NCBI RefSeq assembly: GCF_009914755.1
Contig: NC_060932.1
Direction: 5' to 3' (one strand)
DNA from: the human T2T-CHM13v2.0 reference genome, Homo sapiens
Length of the DNA: 64,000 nucleotides
Shown here piece by piece: positions 1 through 12,793 of this stretch (the stretch's first letter is position 1; the number at the start of each line of letters is the position of its first letter). The notes under the pieces were generated by a model. The model ran no database searches. It saw nothing but the letters and a program-made list of their open reading frames with translations, and was not told the DNA's origin. The translations under genes and the position numbers were made by a program.

Positions 1-1029
1 ATGAACCCAACAGCCTGTCTCTAGAGCTCATGCTTTCAATCACTCTGCTATATCGTTCCCCGAGGAGCCCAGGCTTCATAACATGCGAGTGAGGCAGGAG
101 AGACGTGTTCCACCAGAGAGGGAAGACGGAGTAGAGTAAACTTTAAAGGATAAGGATGAGAGAGAGAACATTTTTCCCACCATGTAGCAACATACTCCTT
201 GTCATTATTAGGAAAACTGTGAGCAGAGATGTAATGCATTGTGTCTACATTTTTATAGAAAAATAACTAGAGCTAGAACTGGAGCCCAGCTATCTTGCCT
301 CTTCTTCAAAGCTTTCCTTATTTGTTTATGATATCTGATTGGAGTAACAAGTCAAGGTTTTTGACCCACTTGGAATCTATTTGTACTATTGATTCTTTAA
401 TATTTTCTAGATAGTGACTCTTTTTTTTAACTTAAGTAGAAATATTACAGAAGAAAAATTAATCGTGATGACTTTTAATGAAAAACAGGTATCGATTGTT
501 ATAATTATTTAAAATGTACTTCTAAACTTTACAACAAAAACATAATATTTATCCATGTACCACTCAGAAGCAAATCCCCATGTATGGTGGCACTTGAGGA
601 GCTGTGCAGGGCCTCCTCCAGACCTGACTTGTCAGGGGTGGGCTTTGAAAAGTTGCTGCAAGTTTTCTAGACCATGCTCCATCCTCCTTCATCAAGTAAA
701 TGCAAATGAATCACACCCTGATCCTTATGAAAAAACAGCATGAAACTTCTGTCCTTATTTTCTCCTCTTGATACACAAAAACTGCATCAGAAGCAGCCTT
801 GGGAAAAGAAAGTCAACTAATTTTTTATTCACATCCCAGTGTCTGCAGCATTTTTTGACCACCCTCAAGGGTACAGACTATTAGAGTGAGAGATAAATGC
901 AAACATGATCCTCAGGGATCATATCTGAAGCTGAATTTGGGATTACAACCCCGAGGACCTGGGCTCATGGTGATGTTGCCAATAACAATCTCAGCTGAGT
1001 AGTGAGGCTGTTCAGCTTGCTGTCAAACA

Positions 1030-1150
1030 CCACTCACATTGCTGCATTTTTTTCCTCATGGTCACTCTGTGTGGGTGGATAGGCTTTTTAAAATCCCCAT
1101 TATACAGATGAAGTTCAGTGAAGTTAAGCAATTTTCTCAGGGTCACACAT
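1030..1150 (-). mobile_element. MIR SINE fragment
   Basis: ccccattatacagatgaagttcagtgaagttaagcaattttctcagggtcacac resembles the reverse MIR core; boundaries approximate. Confidence 0.65.
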
Positions 1151-3599
1151 TTTGAAAGAAGAGAGAACACGTAAAATGAAGAGAATGTGGGGGCCAGGGG
1201 CATGTTTTTCTTTGGTTTTGCAGTGGCAGGTGAGCAAAAGGAGGGGCATGAGAGTCAGATGGGAGGTAGCCTGAAACTTAGCTTACTCTTGTGTCTGCCA
1301 ATAGAAGGTGGGGAGTGTCTCTCAGTGAATGCTGATTTATGTGTGAGTAACAGAATGAAGGAGGAAAAAAAGGAAGCCTGGTTTCTAATTTTATCTTCTG
1401 TGGCACTTTACCAGAAAGTCCCTCAAGGTGGCCGGAAGTTGGAAGCCCTCAAGGGGAGAAGCTCTAGAGCGGCATGCAAAGGCTTCGGCAGATGAGAGGA
1501 CACAGGGAGGTGACCCACCACGTAACCTTCCACCTGGGCCTCTTCCTCTTAGACTTCTCCCCTGCTGCTCATTTGCATAATGGATCCCCATATGGGGTTG
1601 TTTTATTTACCTTCACAAGGAGGATGAGTGCTTTAGAAAAAGATGAGATGAGGAGCTTTGATTTTCCAAAGCCCTCTTTCTACTTCTCCTGCCCTCCCAC
1701 TCCCACCCTCTCTCTTTTACTCTCTCTTGTCTTTGCTTTCTTATTGTCCATATAAATGAGCACCTTGCTTCAGTGACAAATCTATTTCTTCCAGTGAATG
1801 GTTGCCAGTGGATGTTTATCTCTTTGAGAGGTTTATTCCAGGTGGATTTACAGCTATAGTGCATTTAAGCATCCCCAGCTTCTATTTCTTTAATGAAACA
1901 GGGACATTTGGAAGTTTAGGAAGTATACTTAGGTTGGCTCTGCTTTGCTAGTTATCTAGGATTTCCTAAAATAGGCTTCCTCAGTTTTGTGTAATGTGCT
2001 TGGTGGACCCTGGGCTAGACAACCAGAATCCAGAGTTGGAGAAAATCTGGTCTCTGCTTTGAATCCATTCAGCCTTTGCTAATGTACATCTTAGAAGTCA
2101 CAGTTACACAAGAGGTACAAAAAAGAGCCCAAGGAGGACAGAACTTTAGGAAATTTGTGAACTCCAGGAGATTTATTGTAAAATTTTATTTGTAAGTGCA
2201 TATCTCTGGGGAGACAGTTCATAACTTTCACTGGATTCTTAAAGCATTTATAAATTTAAAAAAATTAAACTATGGCCTTTGCAATCACAGCAAAAATTGT
2301 AGATAACTTATCCCTAGTTATTTACAAGTAGGATCTTCTCTTTCTTGTCACCTGCTCTGACCTACTGGGTTTCCTCCATTTGGGGCCTGGTCAACTCACC
2401 TTAAAGTTTATCTTCTGAGAGTAAACCCCTTACAAACCAGGTCAATGTTTTGTCATATCCTTATTCCCAGGACAAGGCCTTGTACTGTTAAGTTTTTACA
2501 TTTTTTATTGCACTTAGCCCTGTATCTTTCAAGAGATAGGAGCTCCATAAAAAGTGGTTTGCTTAATTATGCTCTTGTCACCCAATTATCTATATAGGCC
2601 CTTGCATGTCCCCAATTCTGCCTCATCTCTGGTCTCTGTGAGGTATTCCCATCTCTCCCAAGGCAGAGAGAGAATAAAGAACATTCCTTAATTGGGGTGT
2701 GTGCACACACACATACTATGGAAGTTCTCGCATCCTAATGCTTTGTTGTTTAACTATCATGTGGAGAGAGGTGTTTGGACACCATATTAATAATAGCTCT
2801 TAGTGTGTATGTGGCACATTCCATTTTCAAGGCATTTATAAACATTGCAAGATGAAAGCTTGCACCACTCATCTTGGGAAAAGGGAATGTTAATCACCAC
2901 CATGCCTGCTCCTTAAAGAGGGTCACAGAATCTGAGAGCTAAGAGGGATGTCAGAGTTCACTGGGGCAACCTTCAGTCTCTACATAAATCTCCTTTCCCT
3001 TGGAGCATACCAGGGATGGTGAGGTTTTCTCTGCAATCTCTTTCTTCAGTCCAAGCAAATTCTGCCATCCTGTAATTTTCAATTATCTATCTGTCGGTCT
3101 ATCTATTAATCCATTCTCTTCTCCCTCCTTTCTTTCTTCCTTCTTTCCTTTTACTTCTTCTTCTCTTCCTCTCTGCTGTTCTCCCTCCCCCTCTCTCTTT
3201 CTTTCTCCCTCCAGAGTCCTGTTGAAATTGCAGATACAGGAACAAAATGTTAAGCGGCTAAATTTGGAGCGAATTGCTACATATCAGTAGATACTGTAAC
3301 ACCTGGGCAGACTGGGAGGTATGATCACCCTATGTGTGTTAATATTTCAGGCAGTGTAGCACCCTGCCACCTTCAGGTTGCTGCTAGCCTTGGTTCTCCT
3401 CTGCTTGCTACGGTTCTCTGATTTACAAGCACTCAGGGCTTCAGTTCCAGACCTTGCTTCTCTCAGCTGGCACAGCACCTTCAGATGTTACTCTTGAAAC
3501 TGCTGCTCTGCCTGAAATAAGTGTATTATTCTCTCTAAAGCACTGACCTAGAGAACACTGACCAAGCTGTCTTTTCTTTTTGGTATATTATAATAGTTA

Positions 3600-3830
3600 A
3601 AATAAAGTGAATGTTTGTAACATGCCTGATATTTCTCAGATACTGTGATAAGTACTTCCATGTACATAATCTTCATCAAAACCCAGTGAGGGAGGTAATA
3701 TTTGTTATTGCACCTGTAGATCAGGAAGCAGAGGCCCAGAGGTATTTAGTAGCTTGTCCAATGCCTCACAGCTAAGAAGCAATAGAACTAGGATTTGAAT
3801 CCAGATCTGTCTGGATCTATAACACATACT
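3600..3830 (-). mobile_element. MIR SINE fragment
   Basis: gaggcccagaggtatttagtagcttgtccaatgcctcacagctaagaagc...ggatttgaatccagatctgtctg; boundaries approximate. Confidence 0.75.
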
Positions 3831-4074
3831 ATTAATATTAATATGGTATTTGTATGCTATTTGGATGCATACAGTGGGTATTTAATAATTATGATACACT
3901 CCCTTCCACCCTTTTAAACCAAGCATCCCTTCCACTATTTTATTCCATCAGGAACCTTCTATTTTTAGAGTCTATCTACCAAATAATTATATTTATAAAA
4001 TAATAAAAATTTTTTCCAGTTTCATATTAACTACAGAAATCAATCTTTTAAGAATAGCGAAATAGCTAGTATTT

Positions 4075-4270
4075 TACTAGCATTTGCATAGTGCAGTGGT
4101 TGTTATACATATTATTTCACTGACTCTTCAATAACCCATGGAGGTTGATATTACCATCTCCATTTTACAAATGAGGAAGCAGAGTCCTGGTGGAGCTGAA
4201 CTCCTCACAATCACACTGATACTAAGAAACAGAGCTGGGATTAATATTCTGTTTGACTCCAATAAGTCTG
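4075..4270 (-). mobile_element. MIR SINE fragment
   Basis: accatctcccattttacaaatgaggaagcagag core; boundaries approximate. Confidence 0.7.
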
Positions 4271-6489
4271 TTCTTTGGAGCAAACCCCTTCTTATGGCTG
4301 ATGGTTATGAAATGACCAGTGCTTCCAAACTGAGCTGTTGCAACTTCAGGAAAAAAAGGACAAATATTTTTAAAATTTTTAATTAATCTATGCAGCTGCA
4401 CTATGAATAACTGTATTATTTGCAAGGACCTCAGGTCTATTACACTAGATAACCAGTTAATTGCACTAAGATTATTTACAGAAGAGATATTAGTAACAAC
4501 ATTGCCAAACTCTGCGTTCAGATTTAACACAATGTTTACTTAAGTAACATGGTTTTGTAATAATAGCAATAATAATATAAATGATATAATCATAACAATA
4601 GCTGCTACTTATGGAGAACTACCACATGCCTAGTTTTGTGGTAAGTACTTTATATATGTTTTTTCCTTCAAATCCTCCATCAAAAATCTGTCATCTTTAC
4701 TTTACAGGAGTTCTAGTTTCTTCAAAGGTAAGTAAAATATACAAGCTCGTGCTAATATGGGAACTAGATGCACATCTATCTGACCCCAAAGCCTGGGCTT
4801 TAAATCAGTGCAATACTGATTTAAAGTAGAAAAAAAAAAGCATCTAATTTGAAATAAGCATAAAGAATTTCTAGGCATCTGAACAAGGGAATCTTATACC
4901 TTGAGACAAAGGAGAACATTCTGAGGACATAGGGGTAGGAGTAGAGATGAGAGGAATCGTTGACGTTTCACAAATCCCAAATTCTAGTGGTGGCCATTCC
5001 CTTCCAAATCTTAGATTCAGAGAAGCAGTTATTCCAGATGGTTGGTGCTTATCTTTTTCAATTGATTGGAAGCTTCTTGAGGACAAACTGCTGGAAGACA
5101 TTCCATAGACCCTGGGAACAGTGTATGGCATATAATAGAGGCTTAACAAATTTCTTCTGAGTTAGTGTGGACTTACGGGAGGGGAGATGGGAGATGTTGT
5201 TATTTTCACAGAATGTGGAGAGGCAGACCTCATCAACACAAATCAAAAGTCTCTGTGATAGGAGAAGAATTTGAAATTGAAGTGCAGGTGACATAAAGAC
5301 AGCCCTTGGGCTCCTTCCTGCTCTGCCAGTGATTAGCTGTGTAGTTCTGAGTGAGCCCATTTTCCCTCTCTGGCCCACAGAGGATGACGTTAGCTGCTTA
5401 TCTTTACAAGAGAGTTGCTATGAACACCCTAAGGCAGAGCATATGTGTAACTTAGAGTAGATAATAAAATGATATAAATACAACAGCAGTGACGTCAACC
5501 ACAACAGTGATATAGAGAGCTTCCTTGTGTTGATTACTTACCTAGCATTCTCAGACCTTGTCCTCACAACTACCCTGTGGGTTATTATCTCTCCAGTTTA
5601 CAGATTAGGAAATTTTGAGATATAATCATTCTTAATTATATAATTATTACACACACACACAAAGTCCTGACATTTGCTCAGTTTTCTGGGAGGTGGCAGA
5701 GTAAGAGAGTTGGGGAACCAGTGACAACACCTTGTTGGCCAAAGTAAATCTTCCAGTTAAGTCTAATTCAGATTGTACTGGGAACATCTGTGCCGAACTG
5801 GATTCACAAGGGGTTCTTGAAAAGCAGAACTTGCTCTTTTAATCCAACATTTTGCACAACCCATGGTTCAGCGAAATGTTCAGGTCTTTCTGGAATGGGC
5901 CCACTAGGGATGCCTGGATTAAATTAAACTTCTCATTCTGATGCCAACTGGCCACAGGCTTTGGCTAACTCCATTACCTCATCCTCTTTGCTGTCTTGAA
6001 GAAACAAAGATAATGACACTTTCCCAAGGCTGGGGCTGGGTAAGCCTCAGTTTGTGAGTGTTTGTAAATGGCTTTGAAGATGGCGAATGTTATTTAAGTG
6101 CTAAGTATTATTACTTATTGTGGTTTCAAACATTGTTTCTCCTCCCCATTGTCAGTCTACAAAACAATGAAGAACAAGGGAGAAGAGCCTCTAAAGTATC
6201 CAAACATCTATAAATTAGGTAACTTTGGCCTGAGCTCTGCGATGGTATCTGCAAACCTAGCATTAGCTTTGCAGCATTTTCGTGTGGGCAGGTGGTTGCT
6301 TAATTTGCACTTTAACATGCCAGCAGCAGATCCTGGCACAGATTGGGCACACACTGGTAATGCAAGTGCTCTTTGGTTAGACCTGGATTGCTGAAATCAG
6401 GCTTTCCTGTGTTCTCTTTGTGATGCAAATGAGTTTCTGGAGGATCCCCTTGTCCTTTCATCATTAACATTTAATGGAAGGGAATTAAC

Positions 6490-6700
6490 ATTCATTGAGC
6501 CCTTCTGTGTGCCAGGAACTTTTATGAACATGATCTCATTTATTCTCACAATAATCTGCTGAAATAGATCTGAATGGTCCCATTTTACAGGTGAGGAAAC
6601 TGAGGCACAGGGCAGTTAAATAATTTGTCCACAATCTTTTAACTATTAGGGGACTGAGCTAGGATTGGAATCCAGGATTGTGTGGCTCCAAAGGCCTTGC
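6490..6700 (-). mobile_element. MIR SINE
   Basis: cccattttacaggtgaggaaactgaggcacagggcagttaaataatttgtcc is a near-consensus reverse MIR core. Confidence 0.85.
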
Positions 6701-7063
6701 TGTTTTATTACATGAAATTGTAGGCAACATGCCCTACTCTACCTCCCTACCCCAACTGCCTGGTAAAGTTCCCTCCATCTGCTGCTAAAATCTCTTCTGT
6801 GCTCTTTCATTGCTTTCAAACAGAATAAAGACCACAGCCCTAATATGGCCTGGCACAGTCAGACTCTGGATCCCCTTCCAGCTTTATTAAACCTCATAGT
6901 CCATTTCAATTCCTTGAACATGCCAGGACCTCTCACCTCTGGGCTTTGGCACAAACCACCTGCAAAATTTTATCTCATAACTTCTGCTAAACCTAGCTAA
7001 CTTCTGCTAAACTTTCACACGTCATTTTTTGGGGAGGATGTGTTCTCTGAAACTCCAGACCTA

Positions 7064-7225
7064 TAGGTCTCTAAGTGTAGTCGCTGGACCAGCAACTTCA
7101 GCATCACCCGAGAACTTACGAAAAATGCAAATTCACAGGCCCCACCTGGACCTTCTGAACCAGAAACTCTGGGTATGTGGCCCAGCTCTCCAGGTGATTC
7201 TTTGCCTGGTTAAGTTTGGAAGTTT
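7064..7225. mobile_element. MER5A-like hAT-Charlie DNA transposon fossil
   Basis: ggaccagcaacttcagcatcacccgagaacttacgaaaaatgcaaattcacaggccccacc...cagaaactctggg. Confidence 0.75.
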
Positions 7226-7227
7226 AC

Positions 7228-7493
7228 CAGGGTTTCTTAACCTTGATACGATTAACAGATAATTTTTGTTGTTGGTGGTTGAGGAGTGGGGGGACTGTCC
7301 TGTAGTTCCCCCACCCCAAACCCCCAAATCCTACATGGTAGGATGTTTAGCAGCCTTTTAGCCTCTAACTTCTCACTGTCAATAGCACTCCTGTTCATTT
7401 CTTCACCTTCCCTCATGCAACAACCAGGAATGTCTTTAGACATTGCCTAATGTCTCCAGGGGGGACAAAATTGCCCCTAGTGGAAACTCGCTG
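7228..7493. mobile_element. MER20-like hAT-Charlie DNA transposon fossil
   Basis: cagggtttcttaacc start; ggatgtttagcagc; aatgtctttagacattgcctaatgtctccagggg...caaaattgccc; ends ...ctg. Confidence 0.75.
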
Positions 7494-8072
7494 CCTTAGA
7501 CTAAAGTATATCTCCCTGTGAGACACTCCTGTAGCACCCTGAACAGTTGAGATTATGACTTAATAACTTACTGGAATCATTTGTTTAAGGCACGTCTCCA
7601 TGGCCACATTTTCAGCAGCTAATACACTGCCCGACACCTAGTGGGTTCTCAAGAAATATTGTTGCACTGACTAATTGACGTAACAGCTCTGTGTTGCAGC
7701 TTCTCAAAAACCAAGACTGTACCTGAATTTTCGAGATGAGTCAGGAATTGGGGCTGGAGTGGGATCCCAGGCAAACAGGATCCATGAGATGCTTCCCAAT
7801 TTGAGGGCAAGTGTTCCTCTTTCAGAACTCTAGGGACAGAGGGGCTATTGCATCTCTAGCTGGATTGGACCTACATCACTTCTTTTAAAATACGGTGGCA
7901 GAGAATATGATTAAATGCAGGAGAGAAAAAAATGTTCTTTTAGAATGATGCAGGAGGTCCTGACTAAAGATAGGCTGGGTGCCACTGGCACCGAAAGAGA
8001 AACAAAACCGCATGCTGCCCGCAAGAACAATAAGGAGATTATTGGTAAAAAGAGACTTGACTCAGCATGCCT

Positions 8073-8115
8073 TGCCTTGGCTTCAGTCTGCCTTGGCTTC
8101 AGTCTGCCTTGGCTT
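8073..8115. repeat. 16-bp tandem repeat, ~2.7 copies (tgccttggcttcagtc)
   Basis: Unit read directly at 8073, 8089 and partially at 8105. Confidence 0.9.
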
Positions 8116-8398
8116 AAGTACCAGGGGTACATTCAAATTAAAAAGGAAGGGAAAAGGCAAATTCTGATCTTTCTGCCACCCCAGATTTCCTCAGACTGAG
8201 CAATTGTTTCTAGAAGGAAGGTAAAGGAGAGCTACAGAGTTGAGGAAGAGTGTCATTCTTGCTGGCATCCCTTTTCTAAGTTGATCGTCAGCATCATCAT
8301 CATAGCTATGTGTCATGTGGCTGTAGATGTAACTGACCTGATAGGGGGGCTTATGGAGGTTCTTCTAACTATTGGAAGTTTACCCCTTGTAAGGGCTC

Positions 8399-8758
8399 TG
8401 ATATGGTTTAACTGCGTCCTCACCCAAATCTTGAATTGTAGCTCCCATAATTCCCATGTGTCATGGGAGGGACGCGGTGGGAGGTAATTGAATCACGGGT
8501 GTGGGTCTTCATGATGTTCTTGTGATAGTGAGTAAGTCTCACAATATCTGATAGTTTTATAAATGAGAGTTCCCCTGCATATGCTCTCTCTATTGCCTGC
8601 TACCATGTAAGACGTGCCTTTCCTCTTTTTCACCTTCTGCCATGACTGTGAGGCTTCCCCAGCCATGTGGAACTGAGAGTCCATTAAACCTCTTTTTCTT
8701 TATAAATTACTCAGTCTCAGGTATGTCTTTATTAGTAGCATGAGAACAGACTAATATG
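8399..8758 (+). mobile_element. THE1-family (ERVL-MaLR) solo LTR
   Basis: Starts tgatatggttt...cacccaaatcttgaattgtagctcccataa and ends gagaacagactaata; ~360 bp; 5-bp TSD ggctc/agctc. Confidence 0.92.
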
Positions 8759-10227
8759 AGCTCATACCACCACTGGGAATGAGGCCTCCTGAGTTGCATA
8801 AAAAATATTGGAGATACAAGGCCAATATCAGGCTTCATGTAACCTAAGTGATCCTTACAATTTGGGAGTTGCAGTTGACATATGAGAAAGTATAGACCTA
8901 AGAGGCAAATTTTGTTTGCAAATTTATATATATTTATTTTTTTCAAAGAATATTTTATTTTTTTCTTGAAGAAATTTTGAAAAAAGAGGCAAAAATGGGA
9001 AAAATTAACTTATTTTATTTTAAAACATTTTTACTCTATTTCATTTTTTGGTTTCAGTTTGGCTATACTAACAATTTTTTTCCTGCCTTTTTTTACTTAG
9101 CATATCTTTTAAGCATGTCACCAAGTTATTGCAAAATGATATCACTTTCCACTTGATACCTAAATTAAATTTCAACCCATTTTCAAATGTAAAATCATTA
9201 AAATGCCACAGCCTTAGAAACAGAAAGGCAATAGTCTACCATTCAGAAAGCATGTACTAATGTGTTCACTTAAAGCTAACGCATGAACTCACGATTCCTT
9301 TAGCACTAGAGCTCTTGAAAAGCCAATTATTATAAGTTTACTAATTCAAAATCTGTAAGAATTTACGTATGGCTGGAGCTATACATATATGCATAGGTAT
9401 AAGTTCAATCATCACTATATTCTATATGCCAAATTAATTTAACAAATCTCTATAGTTGGTTGTTGTTGCCATAATCACCTCTACAACATTTATGTGTAAG
9501 ACCTTTATTTCCTGAAATTAAGAACATTTCCTTTGAAATGAGGATAGAAGTTCAATCATTGGCTCAAAGAATGTGAACACATCTAATCTTGATAAAATGT
9601 CCAATGAAACTGCTTCCCAAGGATGTAATTTCGTTAGCAGTATTTATCTGTTGAACATACTCTTATTGGTATCAGGTGATATTTAAAATATACGATGGGA
9701 AAGACTGTACCTCAGTGTTTGCATTTCTTGGATAATGGGTCAGATTGAAGGGGACAAGGAAGTGTGTGTATTGGTTTTAGGCAAACATGCATAATATGGG
9801 AGCAAAATCCCTTTGTTCCTCACTTCATACCCTATGACATCAAGAATCTCCGTTGGGCTTTGATTAGAGTGAAGGTGTTTTTCTGCCAGAACTATTCCTT
9901 CATGCATATGGTCATAAAATCCATTTTAAAAACTGATAAAAAATAATGCCTGTCTCCTCCACTTCCACCCTCAAAATAAATTCAAATACCCATGAGAGCT
10001 GGATCTCTTACTGCAGGAGTTAAGAATAATTTGTTGCAATGCATATTTTTTCACAGAACCAAATTACTGAAGGGAGTTGTAACCTGGTTTCAAATACTCT
10101 TGGGTCTCCTCACTCAGAGCTACTTTTTGTCATTGTCGTTAGACCAGAGAGGCTGGTTTTAGAAGCCAAGTGTAGTTTCACAGCAAAGAAGTGGAGGGAT
10201 GTAAAACTCGTACAGAGAGGGACCTGT

Positions 10228-10345
10228 TTCCTTCCTTCCTTCCTCCTCACTTCCTTCCTTTCTTCTCTCCCTTTCTCTCTCCCTCTTTCCTTTCTTCCTT
10301 CCTTCTTTCCACCCTCCCTCCCTTCTTATCTTCCTTCTTTTTTTT
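10228..10345. repeat. CT-rich (TTCC)n-like low-complexity tract
   Basis: ttccttccttccttcctcctcacttccttcctt... Confidence 0.85.
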
Positions 10346-10814
10346 CTGTCATGAAGTATTTAGTCTGGGACAGAATATATGGTAAATAGGGACCCACTAG
10401 AATAATTAATACTACAGAGTCTCTATTAATATCCATGGTTTATTAATTAGTTAGGGTAAAGTCCAAATTAGCTGACTGAATGAGGAATGTGGCTTTGGGT
10501 AAATTACATTTTTAAACTAACCCAAGGATATTTTGATAATTTTTTTCTCCTTCAAGTCTTACCTCAAACACTCTTTTACTTACCCCTGAAATGGATCTTT
10601 TTACTTTCATTTCTTAGGAATTGAAGTCCTGTGGTGGCAATTAAAGGTTCTTAGACAGAAAAACTTACAACATATTATTTACTTGCAGGTATTCCTGGGT
10701 AGGACCAAAGATGCAGTTAGGAGAGACTAGGCTTCATTTCTCCAGCCTCCAGGGCATACACTGGGAACTGTCATTTTATTGTTATTGGGCTGATTTTAAC
10801 ATATTTGCATATTG

Positions 10815-10931
10815 TGTAAGTATACCACACTGTTTCCTCTTCTTCCTGGACACACAACCTACATTTCCCAGCCTTTCTTGCATTTAGGTGTGATCATGTG
10901 ACTAAAGTCTGACCAGTGGAACATGATCAGA
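10815..10931 (+). mobile_element. MLT1 (J/K-like) MaLR LTR, 5' part, interrupted by L1 insertions
   Basis: ctacatttcccagcctttcttgcatttaggtgtgatcatgtgactaaagtctgaccagtggaa matches the recalled MLT1 motif. Confidence 0.65.
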
Positions 10932-12044
10932 TGTGGAAAACAAGAAAGAGCTCCATAAAAATGAGCATGGAGGAAAAAATGGCAGATTAAGAGACCGGAC
11001 TAACTTGCAGCTGCCACTCAGAGGGACAGAGCAGTATGTAGAGATCCACACTGTGAGCTTTTCCTCTAAGAACTACCACAGGAATATACCAGGAAAGCCA
11101 AGAGTATCCCCAGAGCCTTTGAAAGAGGTGGATTGCTCCTGCAGGCTCTGTGGGACAGCCAAGGAACTGTGAGTCTGCTTGCTTTCTCACTTGAGAGGCT
11201 TGTAGCTTTGGGCAAGTTCTCAACAAGAACTGGAAGTAAACTTGATGCTGTAGGCGGGGCATAGTGGGAGTGAGACCATCCTTTCAGGGTGTGAGCTGCG
11301 TGGGAGCTGGGTGAGGCCTGTGGCTACCGGCTCTCCTCCACTTCACTGGTGACCTGAGTGATGCCTCAGGTACAGCCATAACCCCCTGGGAACATAACTC
11401 CATTGGCCTGGGGACCACATTTCCATCCCCCACAGCAGCCACAGCAAGCCTCACCCAAGGAGTGTCTGAGCTCAGATACGCCTAACCCTGTCCCCACTTG
11501 ACGGTCTTTCTCTACCCACCCACACAGCTGAAGACAAAGAACATAATCTCTTGGGTGTTCTATGGCCCTGCCCACCACCTGAGATACCTGAATACTTGTC
11601 CAAAGGTAACCCTGGGGCAAGCTTGTATCCTCCCTATACAATCACAGCTGATGCACTCTTGAAAGCACCACCTCCTGGCTGGAGGCCAACCAACACAAAA
11701 CCAGCACATTTAGCAAAAATACAACAAAGGACCCTCACAGAGTACACTTCACTCCCCTGCTACCTCCACCAGAGCAGATGCTAGGATCCACAGCTGAGAG
11801 ACCTGAACACAGATCACATCATAGGACTCTTTGCAGACACTCCCCAGCCAGCCTGGAGCCCAATAGCTCCACTGGGTTGCTAGATCCAGAAGAGAAATAA
11901 CAATTACTGCAGTTCAGCTCTGATGAAGCCCTATCTGTAGGGGAAAGGGGAGAGCACCACATCAAGGGAGCATCCCTTTGGGACAAAAAAATCTGAACAG
12001 CAGCCCTTGAGTCCCGGATCTTCCCATTGACGTAGTCTATCCAA

Positions 12045-12690
12045 ATGAGAAGTAACCAGAAAAACAATTTTGGTAGTATGCAAAAACAAGGTTCTTTAAC
12101 ACCCCCAAAAGATCATACTAGCTCACCAACAATAGATCCAAACCAAGACAAAATCTCTGAATTGCCAGAAAAATAATTCAGAATGTTGATTAATAAACCA
12201 ATCAAAGAGGCAACAGAGAAAGGTGCTACTTAATACTACTTAAAGAAATAAAAAACGTGATACAGGATATGAATGGAAAAACTATCCAGTGAAATAGATA
12301 ACATTAATAAAAAACCATTACAACTTCTGGAAATCAAAGACACACTTAGATCACAGCCTAGGCACATAGTCATCAAGTTATCTAAAGTCAAGATGAAGAA
12401 TCTTAAGAGCTGTGAGGCAAAAGCATCAGGTAACCTATAAAGGAAAACCTATCAGATTCACAGCAGATTTCTCAGCGAAAACCCTACAAGCCAGAAGGAA
12501 TTAGGGTCCTATCTTTAGCCTGCTTAAAGAAAACAATTATCAGCCAAGAATTTTGTATCAGTGAAACTAAGCTTCATAAATGAAGGAAAGATACAGTCTT
12601 CTTCACACAAACAAATGCTGAGAGGATTCACCACTTCCAAGCCAGCACTACAAGAAATGCTAAAAGGTCTAAATCTTGAAACAAATCCTC
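12045..12690 (+). pseudogene. L1 ORF1p remnant (disrupted, internally deleted)
   Basis: atgagaagtaaccagaaa start; C-terminal domain DNA gtaacctataaaggaaaacctatcaga...gaaactaagcttcataaatgaagga; contains stops and frameshifts. Confidence 0.8.
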
Positions 12691-12793
12691 AAAATTACAC
12701 CAAAATAGAATCTCCTTAAAGCATAAATCTCACAGGACCTATAAAACAATAACACAATGAAAAAAAACACAAAGTATTTAGGCAACAAATAAC

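Noticed and set aside
6978-7012. Short doublet taacttctgctaaac (period 20); similar doublets near 58081 and 63501
   Set aside because: These are ordinary slippage micro-duplications, common genome-wide.
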